This document shows positions 45,686 through 57,625 of a stretch of 64,000 nt of DNA, piece after piece. Source of the stretch: Hyaloraphidium curvatum SAG 235-1 (Eukaryota > Fungi > Monoblepharomycota); contig JAIVFI010000025.1 of NCBI GenBank assembly GCA_025558095.1, forward strand, positions 124,001 through 188,000, written 5' to 3'. Position numbers and translations under genes: made by a program. A model generated the notes under the pieces. That model did not search any database. It worked only from the letters and a program-made list of their open reading frames with translations, and was not told the origin of the DNA. How positions within the stretch are numbered: position 1 is the first letter of the stretch; the number at the start of each line of letters is the position of its first letter.

Positions 45686-48101
45686 TCAGTCAAGCTCCTT
45701 CACTTTCCATCCCGACTTGGCCGCCTTTTTCTTCTCCTGCTTAGCAATCTCCTGCTTCCGGGCTTGGAGTTTGTCAACCTGAAGTGGGAAAAAATGAGGA
45801 ACGGGCGATCTGCCGCTGATGAGTGCCCGACGTACCTCGGCCTGCTTCTTCTTCTTCCCAAACATCATCTTCTCGTAGAGCTGCCGATCCTTGCGCGTCA
45901 TCATCATCTTGGCGAGCTCCTTCCGTTCCTCGGCCTCGCGCTCGGCGTCGGTACGCGGCTTCTTCCTCGTGCCCTCCGAACCGTGATCGCCGGCACGTTT
46001 GCCACCTTTGTGCGGGTGCAACTTCCTGAAGCGCTCGAGCTCACCCTGGAACTCGGCCGAAGAAAGCCCTCGAGACTCGGCCTCGACCTCCAGCGCATTC
46101 ATCACGGCGGCGTCCGAAAGGTCAACGCCCGGCTTCAGGGATGGCAGCTTGAAGGCGGGCTCCGGCGCAGCGTCCTGCTGAGCGCTCTTCTCCGGCTTTC
46201 CCGAAGCGGCACCTTTAGCTGCCTTTTTCGAAGGCTCTGCCTCGGGCTCGTCATGAACGGCCATCTCCTCGTCCTCATCGCTGCCGGCATCGTCGCCTTC
46301 TTCGTCCGATTCCGACTCCTCTTCCTCGTCCCCCTCTTCATCGTCTTCCTCGTCATCCGACTCCTCGGCGTCGGCACCGGCAGGTCCTTCTTCCGCGTCC
46401 TCATCCTCGTCTCCTTCCGGCGCTTCTCCGAGCTCCGTGCGCTGCCCAAGCTCCACCTCGGCGCGCTGTGTCGGATCGTACCCGTTTGCGTCCGCCTTTA
46501 CCCAGGGGCTCAGGTGTGGAGGGAGAAGCTTGCCCACTCCGTAGGGGGTCGAATCCAGGAGCTCGCCCCGGTTGGCGCAATCATATACCCACTGCGGCTG
46601 CACGTAAGCGCGGGAAAGGACGCGGTCTGGGATGCTCTCCCGATCGACAATTTGGTGCGTGATCCTGGAATCCTTCTCCGTGATCGGCGAATTCGGCGAC
46701 GGGTAGCCGACGAGCTTGGCGCCGAAAGAGCGGAGCACAAAGAGCAGCGAAGGGATCGGCGTTTCCCGGTTGCAGTAGAAGACGTAGTCCGAAAAGATCC
46801 CGCGGGAACCGTCCTCTGGCTGGTCCTCGAAGGACAGGGTGGGAATCGTCGCTGCTCTGGCCGCCGACATGGACGAGGCCTGTTCCGCGGCCCTATCCAT
46901 GCTCTTCTTCACCCCGGCTTCCCCGTCCTCGTTGTCTTCGGCCAGCAGCGCCTCGAGCTTCGTGCTCAGAGTCTTGATCCGCTCCTTCGCCTTCTCGGCG
47001 TCGATCCTGGCCTCGGCCGTGTCCGCTTTGCCGCTCTCGACCTCCTTCAGCCCTTTACGAAGCCTCTCGCGCTGTTCCCCGATCCGCTTCTCGACCTCCT
47101 TGACCACTTCCCCCCGGCGCTCCTTGCCCAGCTCGAGCCAGTCGCCCTCGTCCCGGTCGGTGTCCACCTTGGGCGGATACACGAGGTTGGCATCCGAATA
47201 GAGCTTGAAATTGACGAACTGCAGGAGGGTCATGTAGAACTCGAGGAAGGTGAGGAGCACGCGGAGGTCCACGTCGGCGGGAACGGGAGTGGCAAAGCGC
47301 CAAGGAACGACCCAGAGAATCTCCTGGCCCCGGATTTCGGCCGAGTAGTAGATTCCCTTTATGGAAAGGAAGGTCCGTTTGAGCGCTCCGGTGTGCATCA
47401 CAATATGCTGGAACTCTGCGGCGAGCAGCCGGCAGCGCTCGACCGTCTCGGCCGGGAGCCGCTCGGAAGACGGGAGGGAGGCAAAGACGGTGATGAGGGA
47501 AAGAGCATCGTCGAGGTCCCGGAGGGCGTCGACAAACGTCGGGTACCTGGATCACGGACAGTGAGCCGAGAAAACGAGCGCGCCTGCGAGAACTGCGCAA
47601 CAGCTCCACAGCTGGAAGAGGGAGGTGCTTCCCTGATGATCAACGTACCGTTCTTTCACGATGTGGTCCAGCGAGTAGACGGGCTTTTTCTCCTCGAGGT
47701 TCTTCACCAGGCCCCATTCCTTCTTCCCCATCGCCTTGGCCAGCTTCTTCAGGAACGTCTTGTGCTCCCTAAACTTGGCGAGCACGGGCTCATGGAGAAG
47801 GTACTGGATGTCCTTGGCGTAGTAGTACGTCTTTGGCGCGGTCGAGCCCTTGTTGGCCTTCTTCTTGTTCCGGGGCTCGCGCGGGTAGACCCCCTTGAGG
47901 ATGCAGAGGCGCCGGAAGTCGGCCAGCGAGATCTGCAGCTTCTTGAGCGCCTGGTTCCGCGTCACGTAGTTGACCGCCGCCCCCCTCTCTCCCTGCGGAG
48001 ACGGGAAAGCAATGTCAGCGTGCGAGTCAAAGATGCGGGCCGCCGGCCTTCAGCAAGCCCGTTCCCCTGAGGGAGCTCGCCTTCTTCTTCATTTTGGCCA
48101 T
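45686..48101 (-). CDS. NOP7: Pescadillo / Nop7 ribosome biogenesis factor
   Basis: [50 protein letters not shown] with [17 protein letters not shown]; three introns, the first GC-AG. Confidence 0.96.
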
Positions 48102-48269
48102 CGCGCAGCTGGGCTAGGGGCTGCGCCCGGCCGCCGAATCGATGGGAAAGCTTCCGGCAGAAGCTGTTGTTTTGTGTTGATCGACGCCAGCGCGTGCTGT
48201 GATGCCGCACTTGTCCAGCTCCGGATCCCCCGTCGTGCTCCGCGAGGGGCGATTGATGCCATCGTCGCC

Positions 48270-49205
48270 ATGCCTGGCACTCTTTTGGGCGGCACCAGCA
48301 TTGGACCGTGGCCTGAAACCGAACCGCTGCTGCTTGGGGAGGGGACGACGCGTCCCTCGAACCCCGTGACCTCGTCCCTCGCGGCCACGCCCCTAAGGCG
48401 ACCCAGTTCCCCGCGGCCTAAACCCCCTGAGCTGCCTTCCGACGTGCTCCTCCACATCTCGCGCTTCATCGTTTTTGATGAAGGCTCCCTGCGGCCCACG
48501 GACTCGCAGACGATTCTTGCCTGTTCTCTGGTCTGCCGCGACTGGAGAGACTCCTTCGAACCTCTGCTTTACCGCTCTTCAGTGGTTCCACACTCTCAGC
48601 TCCGCAAGTACATTTCTGCCCTTCGGGGCCCTCGTCGTTGGGGCAGCTCCCTGCGCGAGCTCATAATCACCGATGTGCCGCTCGATTTCGACCTGAAGCG
48701 CCTCCAACGCCACATCGACGAGCTTTTCCAGGTCATTGCCGGTCGGGACGCGGACGATGCAGACTGCCTCGCCCCGAACATTAGGCTCGTTCTCGTTCTC
48801 GCCGGCCCGATGACGCACGCCATGGCTTCGGAGCTACGACTCAAGCCCTTCGCTCAGCTCAAGGTGATTTCGTGCGGCGCAAGGTCAAGCGTCAATCGGC
48901 GATTCCTTCGGCTGCCGATTAGGCTGGCGAAGGTCGTCGGCGAAGACTTTAGGCGGACGATCAAAGCCCGTAGCCTGCTGCTGAGTGCCTGCGAGACGTT
49001 TTGCCTCGCATTCTTCTTCAGTTTCTCGGCTTTGGGCACGTATCTAGCTCTGTTGCTCTTTCTCGCCGAAGAACCCGAGGGACTCGATGACTCTTTCAAC
49101 ATCTACCTCTCTTTCCTCGCTGCCACGATGAGCGCAGCTTGCTACTGGAAGCTTGGCGACCTGCACGGACCCATCGCGACGACGCGCAACGAACTTGAGG
49201 CGTGA
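48270..49205 (+). CDS. F-box-like protein with C-terminal transmembrane segments
   Basis: PELPSDVLLHISRFI...LACSLVCRDW...LLY; two hydrophobic C-terminal helices. Confidence 0.65.
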   Translation: MPGTLLGGTSIGPWPETEPLLLGEGTTRPSNPVTSSLAATPLRRPSSPRPKPPELPSDVLLHISRFIVFDEGSLRPTDSQTILACSLVCRDWRDSFEPLLYRSSVVPHSQLRKYISALRGPRRWGSSLRELIITDVPLDFDLKRLQRHIDELFQVIAGRDADDADCLAPNIRLVLVLAGPMTHAMASELRLKPFAQLKVISCGARSSVNRRFLRLPIRLAKVVGEDFRRTIKARSLLLSACETFCLAFFFSFSALGTYLALLLFLAEEPEGLDDSFNIYLSFLAATMSAACYWKLGDLHGPIATTRNELEA

Positions 49206-49469
49206 CCAAAAGCTATCACCTCCTTCTCCCTCCATTGTCTTCCAACTGCTTGTCCCTATCTTCAGGAACCGCGAGTCTCTCTCTATGATCTGATCGCGTT
49301 TGTAATGACTGAAGTTAAAGCGTGGGAAATTGCCCAGACCGAAGTCGGGCCAGGTCCGTTCTGGACTCCTCGGGCACTTCAACTCTTCCGGAAAGCCTCC
49401 TTCGACCACGCTCGGCGTTCAATAGCTGCGGCGTAAGGCCGCTTCTACGCTGCATCGCCGCTTGCCGCG

Positions 49470-52400
49470 ATGGCCGGCAAGAAGGCCACGCTGTTCCTCG
49501 TCGACGTGGGCCCGTCGATGTGGTCGACTCCGTGCCACGACTTCGCCCGCGAGCCCGGCAAGCCCCGCCCCACGCGGCTCGCCGTGGCGGAGAAACTGGT
49601 CGGAAAGCTGCTCGAATCCTACGTGGGCCATCGCGCTCCGGGCGGCGGCGGCAGCTCGGACGCTGACTGGTGCCGTCGTCCCAACGCGTCCTCGCCTGCA
49701 GCTTGCGTCGGGCCGCAAGTCGGACATCGTCTCCCTCGTGCTTTATGGTGCTCCAGGTGCCTTCCTTGAGCGACATCGTTCCGCGCACGGCAACTCACTG
49801 CGCCGCATCTCAACTCCGCCTCCAGAGACCAAGAACGACCTGGCCGCGGACGACGAGGAAAGCTACCAGTCCATCTATGTGGAATACGATTTCAAGACCG
49901 CGGAGCTCGCGTTGGCCCAGACCATCAGCGATGGTCTGCCGCAGGGCGAGGAGCCGGGAGACTGTGGGTCGCGACGCCTCCCGCTCCGCAGCCGCAAGTT
50001 GACGCCAAGCAGTCTTCAGCGCTCTGATCGTCGCCGTCGATCTGATTCAGAAGAAGTGCAGGAACCTCAAGTACGACCGCGAGATCTACGCGTTCACGGA
50101 CGCGAACGCCGCCATGAGCTTCGAGGGCGACGACGTTATTGGCGCTCAGCTGAAGAACATCGGTGCAGGAGTAATCATTGTGTAAGCCATGGTCTGCTGG
50201 ACCTATGACTGCCTTGTCTGAAGGGCGTTTCCGCCAGTGGCATGGATTTTGACGACGCGGAGCGCGGATTCAAGGAGGAGGACAAACCGCAGATGAAGGT
50301 CTGGAGCAAGCGGCTCCATCAGTCGACTTGTCACCTTACGCTACCACCGCAGGCCGACAACGAGCAGAGCATCCGCGACTTTTGCGAAAAGTACGGGCAG
50401 TCCATCTTCACGGTCGGCGAAGCGGCCAAGTACATCACGGCCATCAAGACCAAAGAAGTCCGCCCGACGACCGTCTTCCGGGGCGCCCTGACGCTCGGAG
50501 AGCCCGCGACCCCCGTGTCGGCCGAGGACGAGGACGATCCGGACGTGGTGCCGGCAGGGCAGGGCCTCTCCATCGCCGTGCACGCCTACAACAAGACCTC
50601 GGAGCTCAAGGTGCTCGCCGCGAAGAAGTTCTCCGCTCGCTCGAGGCAAATCCACGGGCAACCCGTCAGCGGGGGCGTCAGCATCCTTCGCTCCTTCCAG
50701 ACGGTCCCGCCAGAGGCCGAGGAAGACCAGGCCAAGGAGGAGCCGCAGGAGGTGGACCAAAGCGATGTCACCAGGGCGTATCGGTACGGCAGCAGGCTGG
50801 TGCCGATCAACGAGGCGGACCAGGAAGGGGGCAAGCTGCGCACCATCCAAGGCCTGTGGATTCTGGGCTCCGTGTTCCCCGACGACGTGCGTAAACTTGC
50901 CGTCGCTTTCAGCCTCTCAAGGCTGACTCATTCCCGACAGGTCCCGCGGCACTACTACCACGGCCAGACCATGCAAGTGCAGGCCGATCCCGGGGACACC
51001 TGGTCGTGCCTCGCCTTCTCGGCGCTCTGCGGTGCGCTCGTCGAAACCGACATGCTGCTGCTCGTGCGGCTCGTCACCAAGGACGACCGCGCCCCCAAGA
51101 TCGGCGTGCTCGTCGGCCGAGGGGAGATCGAGGACCTTGGCGCCAAGCAGCGCATGATGTTTGTCCAGCTGCCGTACGCGCAGGACATCCGGCACTACAG
51201 CTTCACGAGCTTGGATACCATTCTCAAGGAGCCCGACCAACGGCCGAGGAAGCGGAGGCACAAGTACGACACCCGGCAGCAGCCGACGGAGGAGGTCGAG
51301 GACGCCATGGACCAGTGGATCGAGGCGATGGACCTTTCGTCGGCGGGGCCCAACGGGGCCGAGGCGTTCCGCTCCCGCGACACCTTTTCGCCGCTCTACC
51401 ACCGGGTGTACCAGTGCATCGCCGCCCGCGCCCTGGATCCCGACGGGCCCCTGCCTCCGCCCGATCCGGCTTGGGCAAAAGGGATGGAGCCGCTCGCCCA
51501 CCTGCTCGAGAGCAGCGAGGAGGCGTTCGACGAGCTCAAGCGCATGTTCAAGCCTCCGGTCAAGGTCATCAAGGCCGCCAAGAAGCGGCGGGACAAGGAC
51601 CGTGCGGTGTGGATGGCCAAGGACGACGAGGTGCCGGAGAACCCGCGCGGGCGCTACGGCCCATACGGGGAGTACGACGCGGACGACGTGGAGATGCTCG
51701 CGGGCGGCGGGGTGCGCGCGGACGAGGACGGGGACGTGCGGATGGAGGCGACGCAATCGCAGCCCGGGCTGCGCAATGCCCCGGAACCTGTCCGCGGGCT
51801 CGAGATGCGCAGCCTGTTGGGTCCCAAGTTTACGGACCGGATCCACAACGAGACCCCGCTCGAGGACTTCCACGCCATGCTTGAACGGCGCGATGTGGAC
51901 TACGTCCCTCAGGCCGTCGGGATGATGGCCAACGTCATCCTGCAGCTGATCAGGAACGGCACCGGGCAGAGCCTGACACTTGCGATCAACTGCTTGGAGG
52001 TGCTGCGCAAGGCGGTGATTGAGGAGGATGAGGTGCGGCCGTTCAACAAGTTCATGAGGGAACTCAAGGAGGTCGCACTGGATCCGAAACGCCCGAGGAC
52101 TTCGCGTTTCTGGGTCACCTACCTCAAGGAGTACAACGACAACGCGGGCGACAAGCCCAAGCTGATGCCCGTCACCCTCGACGAGCACCACGAGGGCGTC
52201 ACGGCAGAGGAGGCTCGCTCGTGGCTTGAGGACCCGCTGGAGCCCGAGGTGGTGCTGCTAAACGAGGTCGAGCCCGCCAAGCCGCAGAAGAAGGCGGCCT
52301 CGGAGAAACCGGCGCCCGAAAAGGCGGCCGCGCCGGGGAAGAGGAAGGCGTCGCCGGAGCCTGCGCGGCCGGCCGACAAGCGCAAGGCAGCGGACGAGAG

Positions 52401-52686
52401 CTCGCAGCCGCGCGGTGCCGGCTCCAAGAAGCGCATCGTGCTCGAAGACTCGGAGGACTCGGAGGAGTCGGAGGTCGACGCCTCTTTCGCGCCCAAGAAG
52501 ACTGGGAAGCCACCGCCGGCGAAACCCCCCGTGGCCAAGCCCCCCGCTGCCCCCTCCAAGGGGCCGGTGTCGCCGGCAAAGTCGCCGGCCAAATCATCTG
52601 CGCCCGTCTCGCAGTCGCAGCGGTCGCAGCGCCCCACTCACAAGTCTGTGTTTGCTCAGGACAGCGAGGACGAGGACGACGAGTAG
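49470..52686 (+). CDS. KU80: Ku80 NHEJ DNA-end-binding subunit
   Basis: MAGKKATLFLVDVGPSM vWA start, AYRYGSRLVP, QLPYAQDIRHY, C-terminal PLEDF...DNA-PK-binding-type helical domain; six introns. Confidence 0.93.
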
Positions 52687-52922
52687 AGGGGGCGCGATCG
52701 GGAGCTTTTTCATGGATTGTGTACCGCTTTAGCTTTGTAGTGTAATGATGAACAGTCTCCTCCGTCTGCTTGTTTTGCATGCGGCTTGGACCAGTCCTGC
52801 TGCAGAGTCAGGCCGACGAGCTTTGACATGTCGCGGCTGGCGCCACGGACCGTTGCTGCCCCTTCCTTCCGTGCACTCCATGAAGCCGCGGATAGCACCG
52901 CACCGATAGCGGCGTTAAAAGC

Positions 52923-54221
52923 ATGAAGCCGCACGGCGCGGCGGGCCCCGCGTGGGCGGAGCTCGGGCAGGACGAGGACGCGGACGCGGCCGACACGCTT
53001 CTGCTCGTCGACGCGGCGCCGCCGCCCGAGCCCAAGCCGCCCGGGCGCGTCGCCGAGCGCGGCTCGTTCTCGGGCCCCGCGTCGCCGAGCTACGTGCGCC
53101 CCACGCTCGCGTTCGGCTCGTGCCTGCGCAGCCGCAACACCGCGCTCGCGACCATCTTCATCGCCGGCTGGTACACGCTGTCCACGGCAATCAACGTGTT
53201 CAACAAGTGGTTCTTCGGCCGCGGGAAGCTCGAGTACCACTACCCGTACCCGGTCTTCGTGACCTCGTGCCACATGCTGGTGCACACCATCATCTCGTTC
53301 GTCGTGCTCTACTCTGCGTGGCCGGACTGGCGCCCGACAAAGGTCATTTCGGGCTGGGACTACGGCACCAAGATCATGCCGTGCGCATTCGCCGCCGGGG
53401 TCGACATTGCCCTGACCAACTCGAGCCTGCAATACATCACGCTCTCGTTCGCGAGTGGGTGGACCGTGGGCTGTCTCTGACCTGCTTTGCATCCTGACTG
53501 GCATCTGTGTCCCCTAGCCATGATCAAGTCGGCGGCCCCCATTGTCATCCTCTTCTTCTCCTTCCTTTTCGGACTCGAGCAGCCGCGCTTCGCCCTCCTC
53601 ATCATCATCGTCACCATCTCCGCCGGCACGGCGCTCATGGTCTTTGGCGAGCTGCGCTTTGTCCTCGCCGGCTTCGTTTCCGCTTCCCTCGCCACGCTGG
53701 CCTCGGGCCTACGCTGGACGCTCACCCACCTCCTCCTCGCCAAGGAGGAGCTTGGCATCAACAACCCCGTGGCGACGAACCTCTACCTCGCGCCGGCCAT
53801 GGCCATCTGCATGCTCCTGGTCGGGCTGGCGTTGGAGGGCCTGCCGCGGATGGCGGACAAAGGGCCGGAGCTCTTCCTGTACGTTGGCCTGTCGGGCACC
53901 GTGGCGTGGGCGTTGGTCATGTTTGAGTACGGTGGGTCCGTTCGACGTGCCATGACTGGCGACTGGCGTTTCAGCTGACGTTCTTTGTTGGTCTTAGGTG
54001 TCATCATGACCGCGGGTGCCCTGACCTTCTCTGTCGCCGGCATCTTCAAGGAGATCCTCACCATCGCTGTCTCGCACCTCGTCTTCGGGGACCAGCTCCA
54101 GGCCGTCAACCTGATCGGCCTGGGCATCAGTCTCTCAGGAATCATCGCTTACAACGCCTACAAGCTATCTTCGATGGGTGAGCTGCAGATGCACGGCGGT
54201 AAGGGCAAGGCGCGTACGTAG
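52923..54221 (+). CDS. Triose-phosphate/nucleotide-sugar transporter family (SLC35C2-like)
   Basis: NKWFF, DIALTNSSLQYITLSF, MIKS, SGLRWTL, VAGIFKE; two introns. Confidence 0.9.
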
Positions 54222-54320
54222 AGCGGCAGTGCCGCGCGCGGTCGGGAGAGCTGGCGCATGGGAGGGAAGAGGTAGATACCCCGACGAAGTGTCTATTGCC
54301 GAGCAATCACACCCTTAAAC

Positions 54321-55336
54321 TCAAACGTGCAATGTCGGCCCGCCCTTCTCGAACCACAACGACGTTTCGAAAAAATCCTGCCCCTTGGTGATCTTGCCCT
54401 CCCGGTTCAGCTCGAACATGCCCACGCACGGGAGCAGGAGCTCCCACTTGCCCGACCCTGTGAAGTCCCATTGGTCGAGACGCTTCGCTGGCCGGGGTTG
54501 AGATCGCGTTCCCGAACACTGAATACAAAACTCACAGCAGACGACGGCACCGTCGTGGGTCGCGAACAGGTTGAGCAGCTTCCACTCGACCGGGCCCTTA
54601 GTGAGGTCGATGATCCCCTTGACGATCTTCTTGACGTCGCGCTGGCCGACCACCGGCGGCAGCGGCTGGTTGATGTAGACGATGTCGTCCGACATGAGCG
54701 ACATGAGATAGTCGGGGTCCTTCTTGGACCAGCCTTCGACAAAGGCCCGCACGGTGTTCTCGGAGGTGATCTTGGACCGCGCGAGGGGCTTGTCTGCGTG
54801 GGGCGTCCAGACAAGCGAAGGCCCGTTGTGCGTCCGCCAGTACCTAACGGAAAAATGAGTTCAGCACTCAGACAGAGGAGAGAGAACGTTGGATCGCACT
54901 CGTTGTCGTAGTATTCCCTCCATTCGTAGATGATCCCGTCGGGCGTGAGCTCGAAAATGCTCGTGACGTGAAGCTCCATTTCCCAGTGCCCGGATCCGCT
55001 CCAGTCCCATTGATCCGTCCTACGGGAGACGATCGTCAGACGGACCTCGATCAACGTCACGAGAAGCCCACCTTTCGGCGACGACGGTGTCCCCCTTGCC
55101 GATGCAGGTGTGGATGATGAAATTGGTCTTCGCGGGGGCGAAAATGGACGCGATCATCTTGCGGACGTTCTCCTTGCCCCTGATCGCCTCCAGAGGCTGG
55201 TTGAGGTAACACATGTCGTCCGTGCAGACCGACATGCACTTGACGGGGATGGTCAGGACAAGGCAACGAAGTCCAAGGACGCCTGTCATACCTGCTCGAC
55301 ATCCAGGTTGTCCCAGCCTCGTAGGAAGTGGCGAAC
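54321..55336 (-). pseudogene. Tandem two-domain limonene-1,2-epoxide hydrolase-like gene lacking its first exon
   Basis: Two SnoaL/LEH domains (YxNQP, ERxD, FEL...W/G.(E/D)) with four internal introns. The first visible exon starts at an acceptor AG (55337) and no in-frame ATG lies upstream. Confidence 0.7.
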
Positions 55337-55420
55337 CTGTTCGCCATGAAATCAATAATTGAGACGAGAGCATGAATTCCAGAGGCCGCGAAACATCTTG
55401 ATCCGTCCGGACTCTACCAG

Positions 55421-56056
55421 CGACGCCCTGACGGGTGACATTTCTCGGATCAACGTTGTCGGCAAGGGCGGCAAGACGCTCAAGGAGGCCTGGAAGGAAC
55501 ACCCGTCGACATACCTCGGCGTGTTCGTCGTGGGCATGCCGAACATGGTGGGCAGGATCGGTTCGGACTCGCGGCCGAGCTCATCCCTTCGCCGCCTTGC
55601 AGTTCATGATCTGCGGGCCGGGATCGCCGTCGGTGGTGGGTGGGATCCTTCCGACCTCGCTGTCGCGCTCATCTCTGCGCTGCGCTGCAGTTCACGATCA
55701 TGATCAACGGGATCGAACAGCAGGACGAATGGGTCGCCGATGCGCTCACCAAGCTCGAGAAGGAGGGCGCCAAGACGGTCGAGGCCACACCCGAGGAGCA
55801 GCAGGGCTGAGTCGAGACAGTAAACTCGTTCCAGGACTCCACCATCTTCGGCTCCTGCGCGTCGTGGTATCTCGGCTCCAATGTGCACGTGGGGAGAGGA
55901 AGGTCCGTGGTTCGCAAAGTTGGATGCGAGGTCGTAGCTGACTGCCCGATCGCGCCTCAGCCAATCCTCCCTTTCCTCGGCGGCTTCAAGCCTTACATCG
56001 ATATCGTGGACGAGGTGCTCGCAAGCAACTTCAAAGGCCTGGTTGTTGCGAAATGA
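55421..56056 (+). pseudogene. C-terminal fragment of a cyclohexanone-type Baeyer-Villiger monooxygenase
   Basis: (F)DALTG...TYLGV..GMPNMFMICGPGSPS...SWYLGSN...FLGG. Starts at an acceptor AG (55420); in-frame TGA at 55808-55810 at a typically Trp position. Confidence 0.8.
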
Positions 56057-56253
56057 ATGCAGCAACTGTACAGTGCTGAATCCAGAGAGATGCGTGAATC
56101 CATAGAGCTGCCGCCAAGCAAATATCATAGAGCCGATCTCCACATCGACTTGTCGTCCTCTCTTCGGGCGGGTTTGGTCGGAAAATCGGTCGGTTGCCAT
56201 CGGCGGCCTCAGGGCTCAGGGCACGCTGGCCGACTCCGGACCTCCAACCCACA

Positions 56254-57606
56254 ATGTCACGCACGGCGGGCATCGCGGCCGGCGCGGCGTCGCTCGTGCT
56301 CTCGTCGTACTTTGCGTCGCGCTTGGCGGCGTTCTTCCGCGCCTACGTGGTCGCCTTTCCACTCGTCCTCCTCGACACCACGCGCCGCAACTTCGTGCGC
56401 GTCAACGGCCGGCAGGACGTGCTGCTCTGCGCCCGCCGATTCCCGGACGCCTCGTTCCGCGCCGTCGTGCGCCCGAACCTCGACACGTTGTACGCGCTCG
56501 CCTTCCTCGACATGGACGCCGGCCCGCTCGTGCTCGTCGTGCCGCCCGGCCGCGAGCGGTACGAGGTTCTGCAGCTCATGGATGCCTGGAGCAACGTCTT
56601 TGAGGCGCCGGGAACCAGGCTGCGCGGCACCACCGGGGGAAATTTCCTGATAGCGGGACCAAAGTGGGCCGGGGTGGTGCCGGACGGGCTCCATCTCCTC
56701 CGCTCGCCTACCAGGACTGTGTGGCTTATCGGCCGGACCCAGACTAACTCGGAGGATGACTATGCGACGGTGCACCGACTGCACGACGAGCTGGTGCTCT
56801 CCCATCTCGACGAGTGGACGTCCGGACGACCGTCTGACAGGTCCGGCCCGGTCGAGCTCGGAGGAAAGACCTCCGAGTCGCCGGCAGACGAAGTGGCGGC
56901 CATGTCGGCCGGCTCTTTCTTCTCCTTGGCTGCCGGACTGCTCCAGGACAACCCCCTGTGTCCCGCGGACCCCTCTGCAGCGGCGCTCCTGCGATCGGTG
57001 GGAGTCGAAGCCCGCCTGCCTTTCGCCCCCAACGCGATCGACGCCCTCGCCGCCCGCCTCGGCAAATCCCTCGCCGACCGTTTCCTCGCCCTCGCCCCCC
57101 GCTTCGTCCCTGCGGAACCCAGCGGCTGGTCCACACCCCCCGCCGAGATCGGCCGCTTCGGCACCAACTACCTCCTCCGCGCCGTGGTGGCGCTCGCGGG
57201 GCTGGGCGCCAACGTACCCGAGGACGCGGTGTACCCTACCGCGCGCGTGGATGGGCAGGGGAGGGTGCTGGACGGGAGCCGGAAGTACAGGCTGAGGTTC
57301 CCGCCGGGGGGCACGCCGCCCGTCAAGGCTTTCTGGTCGCTCACCGCCTACGACTCGGACGGGTTCCTGATCCCCAACCCGGCGGGCAGGCACGCCGTGG
57401 GGTCCCTCCGGCCGCTCGCGTTCGGCGACGACGGGTCGCTGGAGCTGGCGATCCAGGCCGCCGAGCCCGGCACGGAGCAGAACCGGACAAACTGGCTCCC
57501 CGTCCGCGAAGGGCAGCCGTTCGCGCTCACCGCGCGCCTATACTGGCCGGAAGAGAGCGTACTCCGGAAGGAATGGACCATGCCGCCGATCGAGAGGGTA
57601 ATGTAA
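56254..57606 (+). CDS. DUF1254/DUF1214 domain protein (bacterial-type)
   Basis: VVRPNLDTLYA, QLMDAWSN, GPKW, FGTNYLLRA...GLGAN..EDAVY, PPVKAFWSLTAY, NWLP, RLYWP; intronless. Confidence 0.9.
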   Translation: MSRTAGIAAGAASLVLSSYFASRLAAFFRAYVVAFPLVLLDTTRRNFVRVNGRQDVLLCARRFPDASFRAVVRPNLDTLYALAFLDMDAGPLVLVVPPGRERYEVLQLMDAWSNVFEAPGTRLRGTTGGNFLIAGPKWAGVVPDGLHLLRSPTRTVWLIGRTQTNSEDDYATVHRLHDELVLSHLDEWTSGRPSDRSGPVELGGKTSESPADEVAAMSAGSFFSLAAGLLQDNPLCPADPSAAALLRSVGVEARLPFAPNAIDALAARLGKSLADRFLALAPRFVPAEPSGWSTPPAEIGRFGTNYLLRAVVALAGLGANVPEDAVYPTARVDGQGRVLDGSRKYRLRFPPGGTPPVKAFWSLTAYDSDGFLIPNPAGRHAVGSLRPLAFGDDGSLELAIQAAEPGTEQNRTNWLPVREGQPFALTARLYWPEESVLRKEWTMPPIERVM

Positions 57607-57625
57607 TGTAATGTAATGCCGTGAT

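Noticed and set aside
45764-48070. Very long antisense or alternate-frame ORFs (also 60393-62978, 15421-17032, 17167-18918, 59725-61188)
   Set aside because: Shadow ORFs opposite real genes, expected at high GC3; no recognisable motifs.
55808-55810. In-frame TGA at a Trp position as evidence of UGA recoding linked to the odd RF2
   Set aside because: Many nuclear genes here end in TGA, the RF2 is bacterial/organellar type, and the BVMO fragment has other lesions, so decay is the simpler explanation.
57599-57618. Short microsatellites: (TAATG)n here, also (GGAT)n near 10244, (TGGTC)n near 19603, (GGATGCG)n near 12926
   Set aside because: Only 3-4 units each; ordinary slippage repeats, not telomeric.
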